A DNA stretch of 64,000 nt, from contig CP060220.1 in NCBI GenBank assembly GCA_023898385.1, forward strand, positions 76,993 to 140,992, read 5' to 3'. Made by a program: the position numbers and the translations under genes. Position 1 is the stretch's first letter. Every line of letters begins with the position of its first letter. The DNA is from Pseudobdellovibrionaceae bacterium (GTDB taxonomy: Bacteria; Bdellovibrionota; Bdellovibrionia; Bdellovibrionales; UBA1609). Below the pieces are notes generated by a model, which worked only from the letters and a program-made list of their open reading frames with translations, was not told the origin of the DNA and ran no database searches. This document shows, in pieces, positions 55,600-64,000 of the stretch.

Positions 55600-56448
55600 T
55601 TGGAAAATCTTGAGAGCACAACAAAAGAAAATTCCCATTCAAAAGTTTCTGTGAAGGTGCGTTGTCCGGAGTGTTTTAAACTCTTCGGCGTCAAGGCGGC
55701 TGAGATCTCTGAATCGCGCCCGAGATTTGCTTGCACCAGTTGCAACACGCAGTTTTGGGTGCCCTTTCCGGAGTGTCTCGAGCAGGAGGCCATGATTGGA
55801 TTTCCGGTCTCATGGTTAAAGAGCACGCCCCTTGGTGCGGCGAGCAATCTAGAGTCCACCCCATCCGCCCCAGAGCCAAAGTTAGAGAACAATGTTGAGG
55901 CGCCCGTGGCTCCGGCCCAAGCCCCCTTCAGTTGTCCCAAGTGCAACGAGCCCTATTATGCGGAGCAAAAAGACTGCAAGAAATGCGGTCTGATTTTTTC
56001 TAAATTTCGCCTGCAAGAGTCGGAAGGCGATGTCTCGGCCAGTAAAGAGCAGAAAAATCGATGGCAACTGGTCGTGGATAACTATACGGATGAAAATGTT
56101 CATCAAGAGTTTTTGCGATCTTGCTTAAAAGGTGAAAATCTAGAGTATGCTGCTGATCGTTATCAAAAGATGCTCAAGCTCAACCCTTTAGATGACACGG
56201 CTAAAAAACTTCACAGTGAGGTTATGGCGCTATCAGTGGCAAAAGTGGAGAGTCATGCGCCGGCTCGACAAGATCTTGAGCGGCGCCGAAAAACTTTGGG
56301 CACTCGCCTCAGTCATTTTGTGATTGTTCTAAGTACCATGGTGATTGTGATTGGATACTTTGTGCCTGAACTGAGAAACCTTACCGGATTGGGTGCTGCC
56401 ACTTTGTTTTTTGTGGTAGCCCTAAAGTATTACTTTAAGATTTTTTAA
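55600..56448 (+). CDS. Zinc-ribbon protein (two CxxC...CxxC fingers) with C-terminal TM helices
   Basis: RCPECFKLF...FACTSCNTQF and CPKCNEP...CKKCG. TTG start after GGGGGAG. Confidence 0.6.
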   Translation: MENLESTTKENSHSKVSVKVRCPECFKLFGVKAAEISESRPRFACTSCNTQFWVPFPECLEQEAMIGFPVSWLKSTPLGAASNLESTPSAPEPKLENNVEAPVAPAQAPFSCPKCNEPYYAEQKDCKKCGLIFSKFRLQESEGDVSASKEQKNRWQLVVDNYTDENVHQEFLRSCLKGENLEYAADRYQKMLKLNPLDDTAKKLHSEVMALSVAKVESHAPARQDLERRRKTLGTRLSHFVIVLSTMVIVIGYFVPELRNLTGLGAATLFFVVALKYYFKIF

Positions 56449-56472
56449 GTCCCACTTTTAGACCGAACACAC

Positions 56473-57900
56473 TTATTCCTGAGGTGGTGCCTCGGACTCG
56501 CTTTGCAGCTCGCGAGTTTTTTGGGCTCGTTTGTTGGCCTCTTCCGCAACAATCACTTTTTGAGTGGCTCTCAAAAACGCATTGATCTCTCGTCCGGTGG
56601 TAATGGCCAGGAGGCCGCTTCCCGTGAGATCTTCATTGGGTTCTAGGACAGGATCGGCGGTGGCGGCAAATGCCGTAGGAGAAAGGTTTTGAGTGTTTTT
56701 CGCCACCGTTCCATTGACGGTGACATCTTGGTCAAGGTTAGCCAGGGCCCGGTAAGTATTAAGACGTTTTCGGTAACGGGTTTTTCCCACTAATTTTTCA
56801 TCTTCAGTTCCATTTTCAAGAATGTGGCGAATAACCTTTTTGGCCTCGAAGTCAGGGTATTTGGCTTTAATGAGTGCAGCCACGCCAGAGACAAACGCCG
56901 TGGCCTGCGAAGTGCCGGTCATTTGGCCGTATTGACCACTGGGGAGAGTGGAGAAAATATCGTTACCAGGTGCTGCGATATCTACGGTTTGCTCTCCGTA
57001 ATTGCTGCTAGGTAATACGTTTTTTCCACGGTCGATAGCTGTTACAGAAATGATATTGTCCAGCTCGTAGTCTGCCGGGTAGTAGCCATTCACATCAGAA
57101 TTAGACTTTTCATTTCCCGCTGCGGCCACAAACAGCACGCCCTTTTTCTGGGCACGGGCAATGGCTTGTTTTTCACTCTCGCTGGGCTGTAGGCCTCCGC
57201 CCGAATAATTAATAATATGGGCACCCATGCGCGTGGCATAGTCAATGGCGCGTACCGTGTTGTTGAGATTGTTGCCGCCATAGGCATGGGGGTCGTAATA
57301 CTTAAGAATCATTAAACTCACGCGAGGAGCCACGCCACTAATACCCACACCATTGCCGCCTTCAGCGCCGATAATGCCGGCAATGTGAGTGCCGTGTCCG
57401 TGGTTGTCTGAGAGATCTGTGGTTTGCCCCACAAAATTCACCCCGTGGACGTCATCAATAAATCCGTTATTATCGTCATCGACGCCATTGGTCGCCTTAT
57501 CTCTACCCTCAGCGTCCATTCCCACTTCGCCTTTGTTCACCCAGAGGTTTTTTTGCAAGTCCACATGATGAATATCAATACCTGTATCAATGACGGCCAC
57601 CACGATATCGCGACTGCCAGTGGCTTTCACATCGCCGCTCCATGCTTTGTATGAATCGGTGAGTTCAAGCCCCCATTTTTTTGTCATGGCAGGGTCGGTG
57701 AGTTTAATATCCATTTCTGAATCGGACTTAAGAGGTTTAACTAAGGCCGTACCCAGTTCTGTAGATCGACTGGCCAGCTCTGTAACCGCAGCCGGAGCCT
57801 TATCAACGTGGGTTTCGTGTTGTTGTTGAAATGCAATACCAATAACTGCCACAGCAATCAGTGAACTCACTAATAAAAGCTTTTTTCTATAGGTTGTCAT
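56473..57900 (-). CDS. Secreted S8 (subtilisin-like) serine protease
   Basis: VAVIDTGIDIHH (Asp), HGTHIAGIIG (His) and GTSQATAFVSG (Ser). Confidence 0.9.
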   Translation of the reverse strand: MTTYRKKLLLVSSLIAVAVIGIAFQQQHETHVDKAPAAVTELASRSTELGTALVKPLKSDSEMDIKLTDPAMTKKWGLELTDSYKAWSGDVKATGSRDIVVAVIDTGIDIHHVDLQKNLWVNKGEVGMDAEGRDKATNGVDDDNNGFIDDVHGVNFVGQTTDLSDNHGHGTHIAGIIGAEGGNGVGISGVAPRVSLMILKYYDPHAYGGNNLNNTVRAIDYATRMGAHIINYSGGGLQPSESEKQAIARAQKKGVLFVAAAGNEKSNSDVNGYYPADYELDNIISVTAIDRGKNVLPSSNYGEQTVDIAAPGNDIFSTLPSGQYGQMTGTSQATAFVSGVAALIKAKYPDFEAKKVIRHILENGTEDEKLVGKTRYRKRLNTYRALANLDQDVTVNGTVAKNTQNLSPTAFAATADPVLEPNEDLTGSGLLAITTGREINAFLRATQKVIVAEEANKRAQKTRELQSESEAPPQE

Positions 57901-58074
57901 ATTCAGCCTCCAAGACCTCTCAAGGTTAAATAAGAGCAATCTTGGTGCCGTTGCGGGGCGGGTTTAAGTCATTGATTTTAAAGGAAAATACCAGACTGAG
58001 ACAGGCCCTTTTCGGCCAATGAATAGTGGGCTGTCAAACAATTCTACAGCTTGCCTGAACTTCGATGATTTTCG

Positions 58075-58797
58075 CTAAGGGATCTTGGGTTGAGGAATTA
58101 GACTTTTCCTTGAGCTGTACAGTTTGATACCCACAAGCAGGCTCAATGCAGCTGACACGAAAAACCCTGAAAACTGCAATTTAGGAAAAGCAAAAACGCC
58201 CACAAGACTGCCCACAATAAAGGCGACGATCAAATCGATGCGCATTCGATTCAGGCGGCCTTCTTTTTTGTCGTTAGATACAAAGTATTTCGCAAGACCT
58301 ATTCCTAGATCTGTGGTGATTCCGGTGAGGTGAGTGGTTCGGACGATGGTTCCTGAATAGTGGGTGATGATGGCGTTTTGAGCGCCACACGATAGCGCTA
58401 GTAGCGATAACAGCAAAAAGTCATGGAGGTCGCCAAAGGGTTCTCCAAACTGTCCAAAAAAACCGTAAGTGCCAAAGGTGGCCACCAAACTAAAGATAAA
58501 AGCCAACAACAACAAAATGTGAATGTAAACGGGAGGTTGTTTTCTGCTTTTTCGAACCTCCGTAAAGATAGAGCTAAAAAAAGCACCGAGCAGAAAAAAC
58601 ACCGGAACTAATAAAAAATAAAAACTCTTCATATAGTTCTGGGCGGCAATTTCCTGGCTAAATAGTGTTGAAAAACCAGTGACGTGGGAGACGAAAAGAT
58701 GAAGGCACAAAAGGCCACCGGCATTGACGTACCCACCTTGAAAGGCCAATAGCGCCCAAGTGATGCGATTTGATGGATGTGAAATGATTTCGATCAT
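58075..58797 (-). CDS. YoaK/DUF1275-family membrane protein
   Basis: LAFQGGYVNAGGLL...SHVTG...TTHLTGITTDLG pattern with 6 TM segments. Confidence 0.7.
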   Translation of the reverse strand: MIEIISHPSNRITWALLAFQGGYVNAGGLLCLHLFVSHVTGFSTLFSQEIAAQNYMKSFYFLLVPVFFLLGAFFSSIFTEVRKSRKQPPVYIHILLLLAFIFSLVATFGTYGFFGQFGEPFGDLHDFLLLSLLALSCGAQNAIITHYSGTIVRTTHLTGITTDLGIGLAKYFVSNDKKEGRLNRMRIDLIVAFIVGSLVGVFAFPKLQFSGFFVSAALSLLVGIKLYSSRKSLIPQPKIP

Positions 58798-58979
58798 GTG
58801 GTTTAGCTTCAGTGCCTGAGAAAAACTCTACTTTTAGATGTTAGTTGGCCGAGTCCGCCGGGTCACTTGTTTTCTATGCACCCCTGATTTTCGCCGTGAC
58901 CCTAGAAAATTTTAAAGATGCGTCGCTTCCATGGTTTCGGGCGTGCGGTTTGGCCCGACTATGGAGTATGGTGCCTCTT

Positions 58980-60248
58980 ATGAAAAAATGGATGCTCTTA
59001 ATATTATTGGTGCCGGTGGTGGCCTACGCCTCGGGCGGATCTGCGACCTTTGAACAAAACACACTATTTCTTGTGGTGACTCTCACGCTGGCAAAGTGGA
59101 TTGGGTTTATGTGCAAGAAGGTGGGGATACCTGAGTTAGTGGGCGAGCTGGGAGCCGGGTTAGTTTTGGGTAACCTTGGTCTTTTCGGGTGGCATGTGGA
59201 GTTCACCCATAATTTCTTATCCAGTGAATTTATTAAATATGCCGCTGACCTTGGCGTGGTGCTTTTATTGTTCTTGGTCGGCCTTGAGTCCAATCTCACC
59301 CAACTTTTAAAGGTGGGCAAGAATGCGTTTGTGGTGGCCGCCGTTGGTGTGATTTTGCCGGTGATCGGCGGGTATTTTTACTCGTCCGCAGTAGGGTTAG
59401 GCGTCGGTGTGGCGGCATGGTTTGTTGGAGCCACGTTGGCAGCCACTTCGGTGGGTATCACAGCCAAGGTGTTGGGTGATCGAAAACTGTTAATGGCCCC
59501 ATCGTCGCAGGTCATTTTGGGTGCGGCTGTTATCGACGACATCATGGGCATTCTGCTTTTGACGGTGTTGGCCGGTGTGGCCATGGGTGGTGAAGTTTCA
59601 TTTATTGATTTGGGAGTGATCTTGCTAAAGGCGGGTGGCTTTTTTGTGGGAAGCTACTTTGCAGGTCGTTTGTTGTTTCCAAGGATGATTCGCCTGACTG
59701 GAAAAAATGATAGCAAAAGTTTTTGGGTGGCCTTTTCTTTAATTTTAGCCTTGGTGTTTGCCCAGGTGGCTGCAATGGCGGGCATGGCGCCCATTATTGG
59801 TGCTTTCTTTGCGGGGCTTTTACTTGAAGATGTGCATTTTGAAGTGGGTCATAAATTGCAAAAAGACACCATTGAACACTTGCTCTCGCCCATTGCTGAA
59901 ATTCTTTTGCCCATATTTTTTGTGGCCATTGGTGCACAAGTGGACCTTTCCGTATTAGGCGATATGCACGTGCTAATGGTTGTTCTCGGACTGCTAGTTA
60001 TTGCCGTGATATCAAAGACCGCCACCGGAGCATTAGTGAAGGGGCCTCAGTTTGATCGGTGGGGCATTGGCTTGGGCATGGTGCCAAGGGGTGAGGTGGG
60101 TCTTATTTTCGCATCCTATGCTTTACAGCATAAGGTATTTACGGCTTCCGCTTATTCGGTTTTAGTGTTGGTGGTGCTGTTCTCCACTATTCTTGGCCCG
60201 ATGTTGTTAAAGTACCGCCTGGATTATTTTGAAAAATCTCTGGCTTAA
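58980..60248 (+). CDS. Cation:proton antiporter (CPA family)
   Basis: Polytopic membrane protein. GLESNL, ATSVGITA and AAVIDDIMGI motifs. The start is ATG 58980 or 58968. Confidence 0.8.
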   Translation: MKKWMLLILLVPVVAYASGGSATFEQNTLFLVVTLTLAKWIGFMCKKVGIPELVGELGAGLVLGNLGLFGWHVEFTHNFLSSEFIKYAADLGVVLLLFLVGLESNLTQLLKVGKNAFVVAAVGVILPVIGGYFYSSAVGLGVGVAAWFVGATLAATSVGITAKVLGDRKLLMAPSSQVILGAAVIDDIMGILLLTVLAGVAMGGEVSFIDLGVILLKAGGFFVGSYFAGRLLFPRMIRLTGKNDSKSFWVAFSLILALVFAQVAAMAGMAPIIGAFFAGLLLEDVHFEVGHKLQKDTIEHLLSPIAEILLPIFFVAIGAQVDLSVLGDMHVLMVVLGLLVIAVISKTATGALVKGPQFDRWGIGLGMVPRGEVGLIFASYALQHKVFTASAYSVLVLVVLFSTILGPMLLKYRLDYFEKSLA

Positions 60249-60288
60249 ATGAAGCTGACCAGAGACTTAACCGAGAAATTCTTGTTGG

Positions 60289-62472
60289 TTAAAGTTCGAG
60301 CGCCCATTCAGGAAACTGGATAGACTGGTTTTGGGCGCTTTGCATTTTATAAAAAATCATGTTTCTCATAACAAGCTTCACGTAGCTTTTGGTTTCTTCA
60401 TAGGGAATGTCTTCAATAAATTCCAGTGAATCACCCCGGTAACGGGTTTTAAGCCAACCCGCAATGGCATCTTCGCTGGCATTATAAGAGGCCACAGCGG
60501 GTATAAATTGGCCATTATACTTATCCCAAAGTTGCCTTAAGAATCTTGAACCTAAGGGAATATTGACGGCCGGAATATAGAGGTCTTCAGCTTGTGTGAA
60601 TTCCACATCAGTGCCTTTGGCCGATTGGGCTGCTACCTCGGGTAAAAGTTGCATCAATCCAAAGGCGTCCATGGGGCTTCGAGCGCGTGGATTAAAAGCG
60701 GATTCCTGGCGCATAATCGCATAGATGAACTCTGCACTAATGCCATATTTATTGGCTGCCGCATTCACGTAACCATCAAACGGTGTGGGAAATACGATTT
60801 CTGGGTGCTGCACAAGAAGCTGTTGGCGTTCTGCTGCGGGCATTTGGCCCAATTGATAAAAAAGTCCGAGGTAGTTACCTGAAAGAGCATAGTGTTTAAA
60901 AAGTGATTCCCAAACTTTAGCATCTTGTGGGTCGACTTTTCTGTACCCACTGGCAATTTCATCTAGATAAGAGCGCGCCACTTCGTCTTCGTTGACAGCC
61001 GTCAGCCAAGCGATGAACTGGGAATCCGGCATTTCGTTAAGCGGAGACGGTAATGTGTGAAGTGAGGCCGGTGTACGAGGGCCATCGATGGCGTTTGGCG
61101 ACAGCACAGAAAGGGGTTGGTCAAGCTCTCGACGAGCCACAATTCCGTAGTAGCCAATGGGGTCTTCAGATTGCAGTTGGGTCAATACAACCTTGGATAA
61201 TTCCCACTGGTTCATGTCTTTATAGGTGCGGCCGAGCCAGAACATATAGCGATAGCGGTTAAAATCGCTCTCGGTGGTGGCGATTAACTCTTTGTACTGA
61301 TCCACAGCGGCGTCAAAACTTTTTATCTTTCTTAAATTCCATGCCTTTAGCCACTGTAACTTTTCAAAGAGTTCTGCGTCTGTCTTTGGTTCTTTAAGGG
61401 CTTTATTAAACCACCAAAGCGCATTTGCAAAATCTTGTTTCTCTTCAAGCATTCTTCCGCGTATCCAGTAGGCCTCCATTAGCGAGTGACGGCCCTGGAC
61501 TGTTTTGGCCAATGTCTTTAGAACCTGTTGGGAGCCTTTGATTTGATCTTTTGTCCATAGAGTTCGGGCCCATAACAAGTAGGCATCCACATAGAGTCGG
61601 GTATGAGTTTGCGATTTCTTTTTTGCAAAGAGGGCTTGTGTGTATTTGGCCAATTTTTTTGTGGCCTCCAAATACTTTTTGTCGTTGCGTTCGATCTTGT
61701 AGGTGGCGCGCACACCTTTGAGGGCTTTGATTTTGTCCACAGCGGGAAACCGTTTTGAGGTGATCACTTTAAAATAGTACTTCCGAGCTGCTGGGAAATT
61801 TCTGATTCGGCGAAAATCATAGGCCACTTCTAGAAAATCACTACGATCGGGGTTTGGCTTTAATCGCGGAGCCAATTTGTGGAGTCGCTCAGTGTACTCA
61901 TTGACAAGGTCTGATTTTTTGAGGTGCGTTGCAATGGCTAGAGCCTCTTTAGTGTAGTCCACTTTTAGTTCGCGGGGCAGGTTGAGTTTTGATTTTTCAA
62001 TGAGTAATTCCATTTCACGAGCTGAGTTTTTTTGCAGGCGGGCATGGTCAAGTTCAATATCGAGCACGAGATCTTTCATCCAGGGTTCAGGATCACTACT
62101 GGATAATCCGGCCACCTCGGTCACGGCAGGGGAGAGCTTCTCACAAACCTGGTAGGCGCGTAGGGCTGCCATCTTTCTTAGCGGAAACTCACTTTCTTCT
62201 GACAGCAAACTGTATAACCCGCATGATATTTGGGGCTGGTCTTTTTGCCAAAGTTGGGCTCTTCGGTAGCGGCTCCACCATTTTGTGGGTTTATCTTTAG
62301 ACTGGCGCTCAAGATCAAGTAAAAGTACATCCATTTGATCAGGACTTCTGCGTTCTGTGATTTCAAATTCTGGAGGCAGATTTTTCGGTGCCGGCGGCAT
62401 CACCACTTTCGGGGAAGTGGCACACCCAAGTACAATAGAAAACGCCAAGGCTGTGGAAAGTAATAAGCGCAT
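60289..62472 (-). CDS. slt: Soluble lytic murein transglycosylase (Slt70-like)
   Basis: Lipobox/signal at the N-terminus, a long helical-repeat domain, and a C-terminal SLT motif MRQESAFNPRARSPMDAFGLMQL. Confidence 0.8.
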   Translation of the reverse strand: MRLLLSTALAFSIVLGCATSPKVVMPPAPKNLPPEFEITERRSPDQMDVLLLDLERQSKDKPTKWWSRYRRAQLWQKDQPQISCGLYSLLSEESEFPLRKMAALRAYQVCEKLSPAVTEVAGLSSSDPEPWMKDLVLDIELDHARLQKNSAREMELLIEKSKLNLPRELKVDYTKEALAIATHLKKSDLVNEYTERLHKLAPRLKPNPDRSDFLEVAYDFRRIRNFPAARKYYFKVITSKRFPAVDKIKALKGVRATYKIERNDKKYLEATKKLAKYTQALFAKKKSQTHTRLYVDAYLLWARTLWTKDQIKGSQQVLKTLAKTVQGRHSLMEAYWIRGRMLEEKQDFANALWWFNKALKEPKTDAELFEKLQWLKAWNLRKIKSFDAAVDQYKELIATTESDFNRYRYMFWLGRTYKDMNQWELSKVVLTQLQSEDPIGYYGIVARRELDQPLSVLSPNAIDGPRTPASLHTLPSPLNEMPDSQFIAWLTAVNEDEVARSYLDEIASGYRKVDPQDAKVWESLFKHYALSGNYLGLFYQLGQMPAAERQQLLVQHPEIVFPTPFDGYVNAAANKYGISAEFIYAIMRQESAFNPRARSPMDAFGLMQLLPEVAAQSAKGTDVEFTQAEDLYIPAVNIPLGSRFLRQLWDKYNGQFIPAVASYNASEDAIAGWLKTRYRGDSLEFIEDIPYEETKSYVKLVMRNMIFYKMQSAQNQSIQFPEWALEL

Positions 62473-62560
62473 CCATACATTGTACGCTGCGCTTTAGGTG
62501 GACCTCAAGGAGGGCGCGAAGAGAACTGTACCTGGTCTTTTTTGAAAATAAATAATGGAC

Positions 62561-62586
62561 AAAAGGCCAGCTGGCGCTGGCCTTTT
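62561..62586 (-). terminator. Rho-independent terminator after htpX
   Basis: AAAAGGCCAGC-tggc-GCTGGCCTTTT. U-rich on both strands. Confidence 0.75.
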
Positions 62587-62597
62587 AATCTCAATTT

Positions 62598-63485
62598 CTA
62601 TCGGTATTGCTGCAGGCGAGCAATTCGTTCTTCAAGAGGAGGGTGAGTCGAAAATAGGAAGGCCAACGCACTTCGACTGCGCCCAGAAATTTTTAAACTG
62701 GCAATGGCCTGTTGATCAGGCTCGATGAGAGTTTGTGTATCCATCAACGAGCGCAGAGCTGAAACCATTTTGTCTGTACCGGCAAGCTGTGCGCCCCCGC
62801 GGTCGGCTCGGTATTCGCGGTGTCTTGAGAAGTAGTTCACCACCACGGCACCTAAAATTCCAAAAGCGATTTGGAATAAAAACACAAGGCCAAAGTGAAC
62901 CCAGGGGCCGGCATCGCGATCCATTTGCCCAGCGACCACATTAGCTAAAGCACGAGCTGCAAACATCACAACGGCGTTAATGACTCCTTGAATCAGTGTC
63001 ATCGTCACCATGTCGCCATTGGCAATATGGGCCACTTCGTGCGCCAATACACCTTCAAGCTCATCTCGATCCATTTTGTGCAATAATCCTGTGGAAACAG
63101 CTACCAAAGAGTTGGATTTGGATGGGCCCGTGGCAAAAGCGTTCACCTCAGGGCTATCATACACGCCCACCTCTGGCATTTTAGGAAGGCCAGCTCCCTT
63201 TGCCAAGTTGTGAACGCTCTGGACCAACCCTTGTAAGCGCACATCGCTTACGTGCGGGTCGACCACTTGCACGCCCATCATAGTTTTTGCCATAAACTTA
63301 GAGGCAAAAAGTGAGAAGAAGGCACCACCCATGCCTAGAATTAATGAAAACCCTAAAATGTAAGTGTAGTAGTCATTTTGCAGGCCGAGTGCAGCGCTAA
63401 TAAAGCTCCAAGTGATACTGATGGTCGTGACCACCAAAATATTCACAACCAGAAACAAGAACACAGTTTTCGATTTAGCCCACAT
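62598..63485 (-). CDS. htpX: M48 membrane protease HtpX
   Basis: HEVAHIANGD, with TM helices on either side, and a C-terminal STHPPLEERI. Confidence 0.9.
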   Translation of the reverse strand: MWAKSKTVFLFLVVNILVVTTISITWSFISAALGLQNDYYTYILGFSLILGMGGAFFSLFASKFMAKTMMGVQVVDPHVSDVRLQGLVQSVHNLAKGAGLPKMPEVGVYDSPEVNAFATGPSKSNSLVAVSTGLLHKMDRDELEGVLAHEVAHIANGDMVTMTLIQGVINAVVMFAARALANVVAGQMDRDAGPWVHFGLVFLFQIAFGILGAVVVNYFSRHREYRADRGGAQLAGTDKMVSALRSLMDTQTLIEPDQQAIASLKISGRSRSALAFLFSTHPPLEERIARLQQYR

Positions 63486-63606
63486 GTTAAATCCTCCTTG
63501 AGGATGGGTTAAAAACCATCGTTTTTGTTTTCGCTAACAAATACGATCTCCGCCAATATGAGTTGGGGATTTTTTAAGTCAAGGTCTATTGTTATGAAAA
63601 CGCCGG

Positions 63607-64000
63607 TTAAAAGTCAAAATGGAGTGACCCGTTCTTAGTCGAAACTTTGACAAGCCCCCCTTTTTGCAACCGGCCAAACAAAATATCGTCCACCAAGGGC
63701 TTTTTAATGTGCTCGTCCACTGTGCGCGCAAAGGGTCTGGCGCCAAAAGCGGGGTCGTGGCCTTTGTTAAATAGCCACTCCACGGCACTATCAGACACTT
63801 TAAGTTCAATTCTTTTTTGCTTCAGTTGATCTGCCAGCTCGCTAATGAATTTTTTAATGACCTGGATTAACATGTCTTGTTGAAGTTCTTTAAATTCAAC
63901 GATGGCGTCAAGGCGATTTAGAAACTCCGGGCGAAAGGATTTTTTAATGGCTTCCAAGGATTTTGACGAACTGGGCTCTTTAAGCACACCCATCGACCCT
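63607..64000 (-). CDS. clpA: ATP-dependent Clp protease ATP-binding subunit ClpA, 3' end only (continues past the window)
   Basis: FRPEFLNRLDAIVEF...GARPFARTVDEHIKKPLVDDILFG aligns with the ClpA C-terminal D2-small domain. The frame is open to nt 64000. Confidence 0.85.
   Translation of the reverse strand, partial: GSMGVLKEPSSSKSLEAIKKSFRPEFLNRLDAIVEFKELQQDMLIQVIKKFISELADQLKQKRIELKVSDSAVEWLFNKGHDPAFGARPFARTVDEHIKKPLVDDILFGRLQKGGLVKVSTKNGSLHFDF

Noticed and set aside
1-64000. CRISPR arrays, rRNA genes, reverse transcriptase/retron and large tandem repeats
   Set aside because: None was seen on reading through the window. Short repeats are reported individually in the features list.

Overview
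This is a 64-kb chromosomal window from a Gram-negative bacterium. The Gram-negative call rests on Lnt, Slt, lipobox lipoproteins and type IV pilin-like genes. The many secreted proteases and adhesin-like proteins are reminiscent of a Bdellovibrio-like organism, but that taxonomy is only a guess. I call about 55 protein genes, one tRNA-Arg(UCG), no rRNA and no CRISPR array.

Recognisable housekeeping content:
- arsM plus a MIP channel
- a polyamine pair (eukaryote-type AdoMetDC plus speE) coupled to trmH
- queF, a DTW-domain protein, crcB, putA, mutS2, lnt
- an S8 protease, an S41 peptidase, an M10 metzincin, slt, htpX and the 3' end of clpA

Accessory and unusual content:
1. A three-gene operon (34.6-38.1 kb) of paralogous pilin-like proteins, each carrying an unrecognised Cys-rich C-terminal module. 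It lies directly next to an IS-in-IS insertion bracketed by a perfect 18-bp target duplication.
2. A decay zone 3' of tRNA-Arg. It holds an amber-interrupted HNH endonuclease, a beta-lactamase-type 5' stub and a hydrolase 3' stub.
3. A 619-bp direct repeat of about 97% identity that brackets a 4.9-kb four-gene segment. That segment includes a fibrinogen-like lipoprotein.
4. A third transposase whose RBS lies in an anti-SD hairpin, next to a triple zinc-ribbon protein.
5. A HEPN/MNT toxin-antitoxin pair and a separate orphan MNT-like nucleotidyltransferase.
6. A protein fusing a long charged coiled coil to an Hsp20 domain.

All calls come from reading the ORF translations and the DNA by eye. 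No database search was run.
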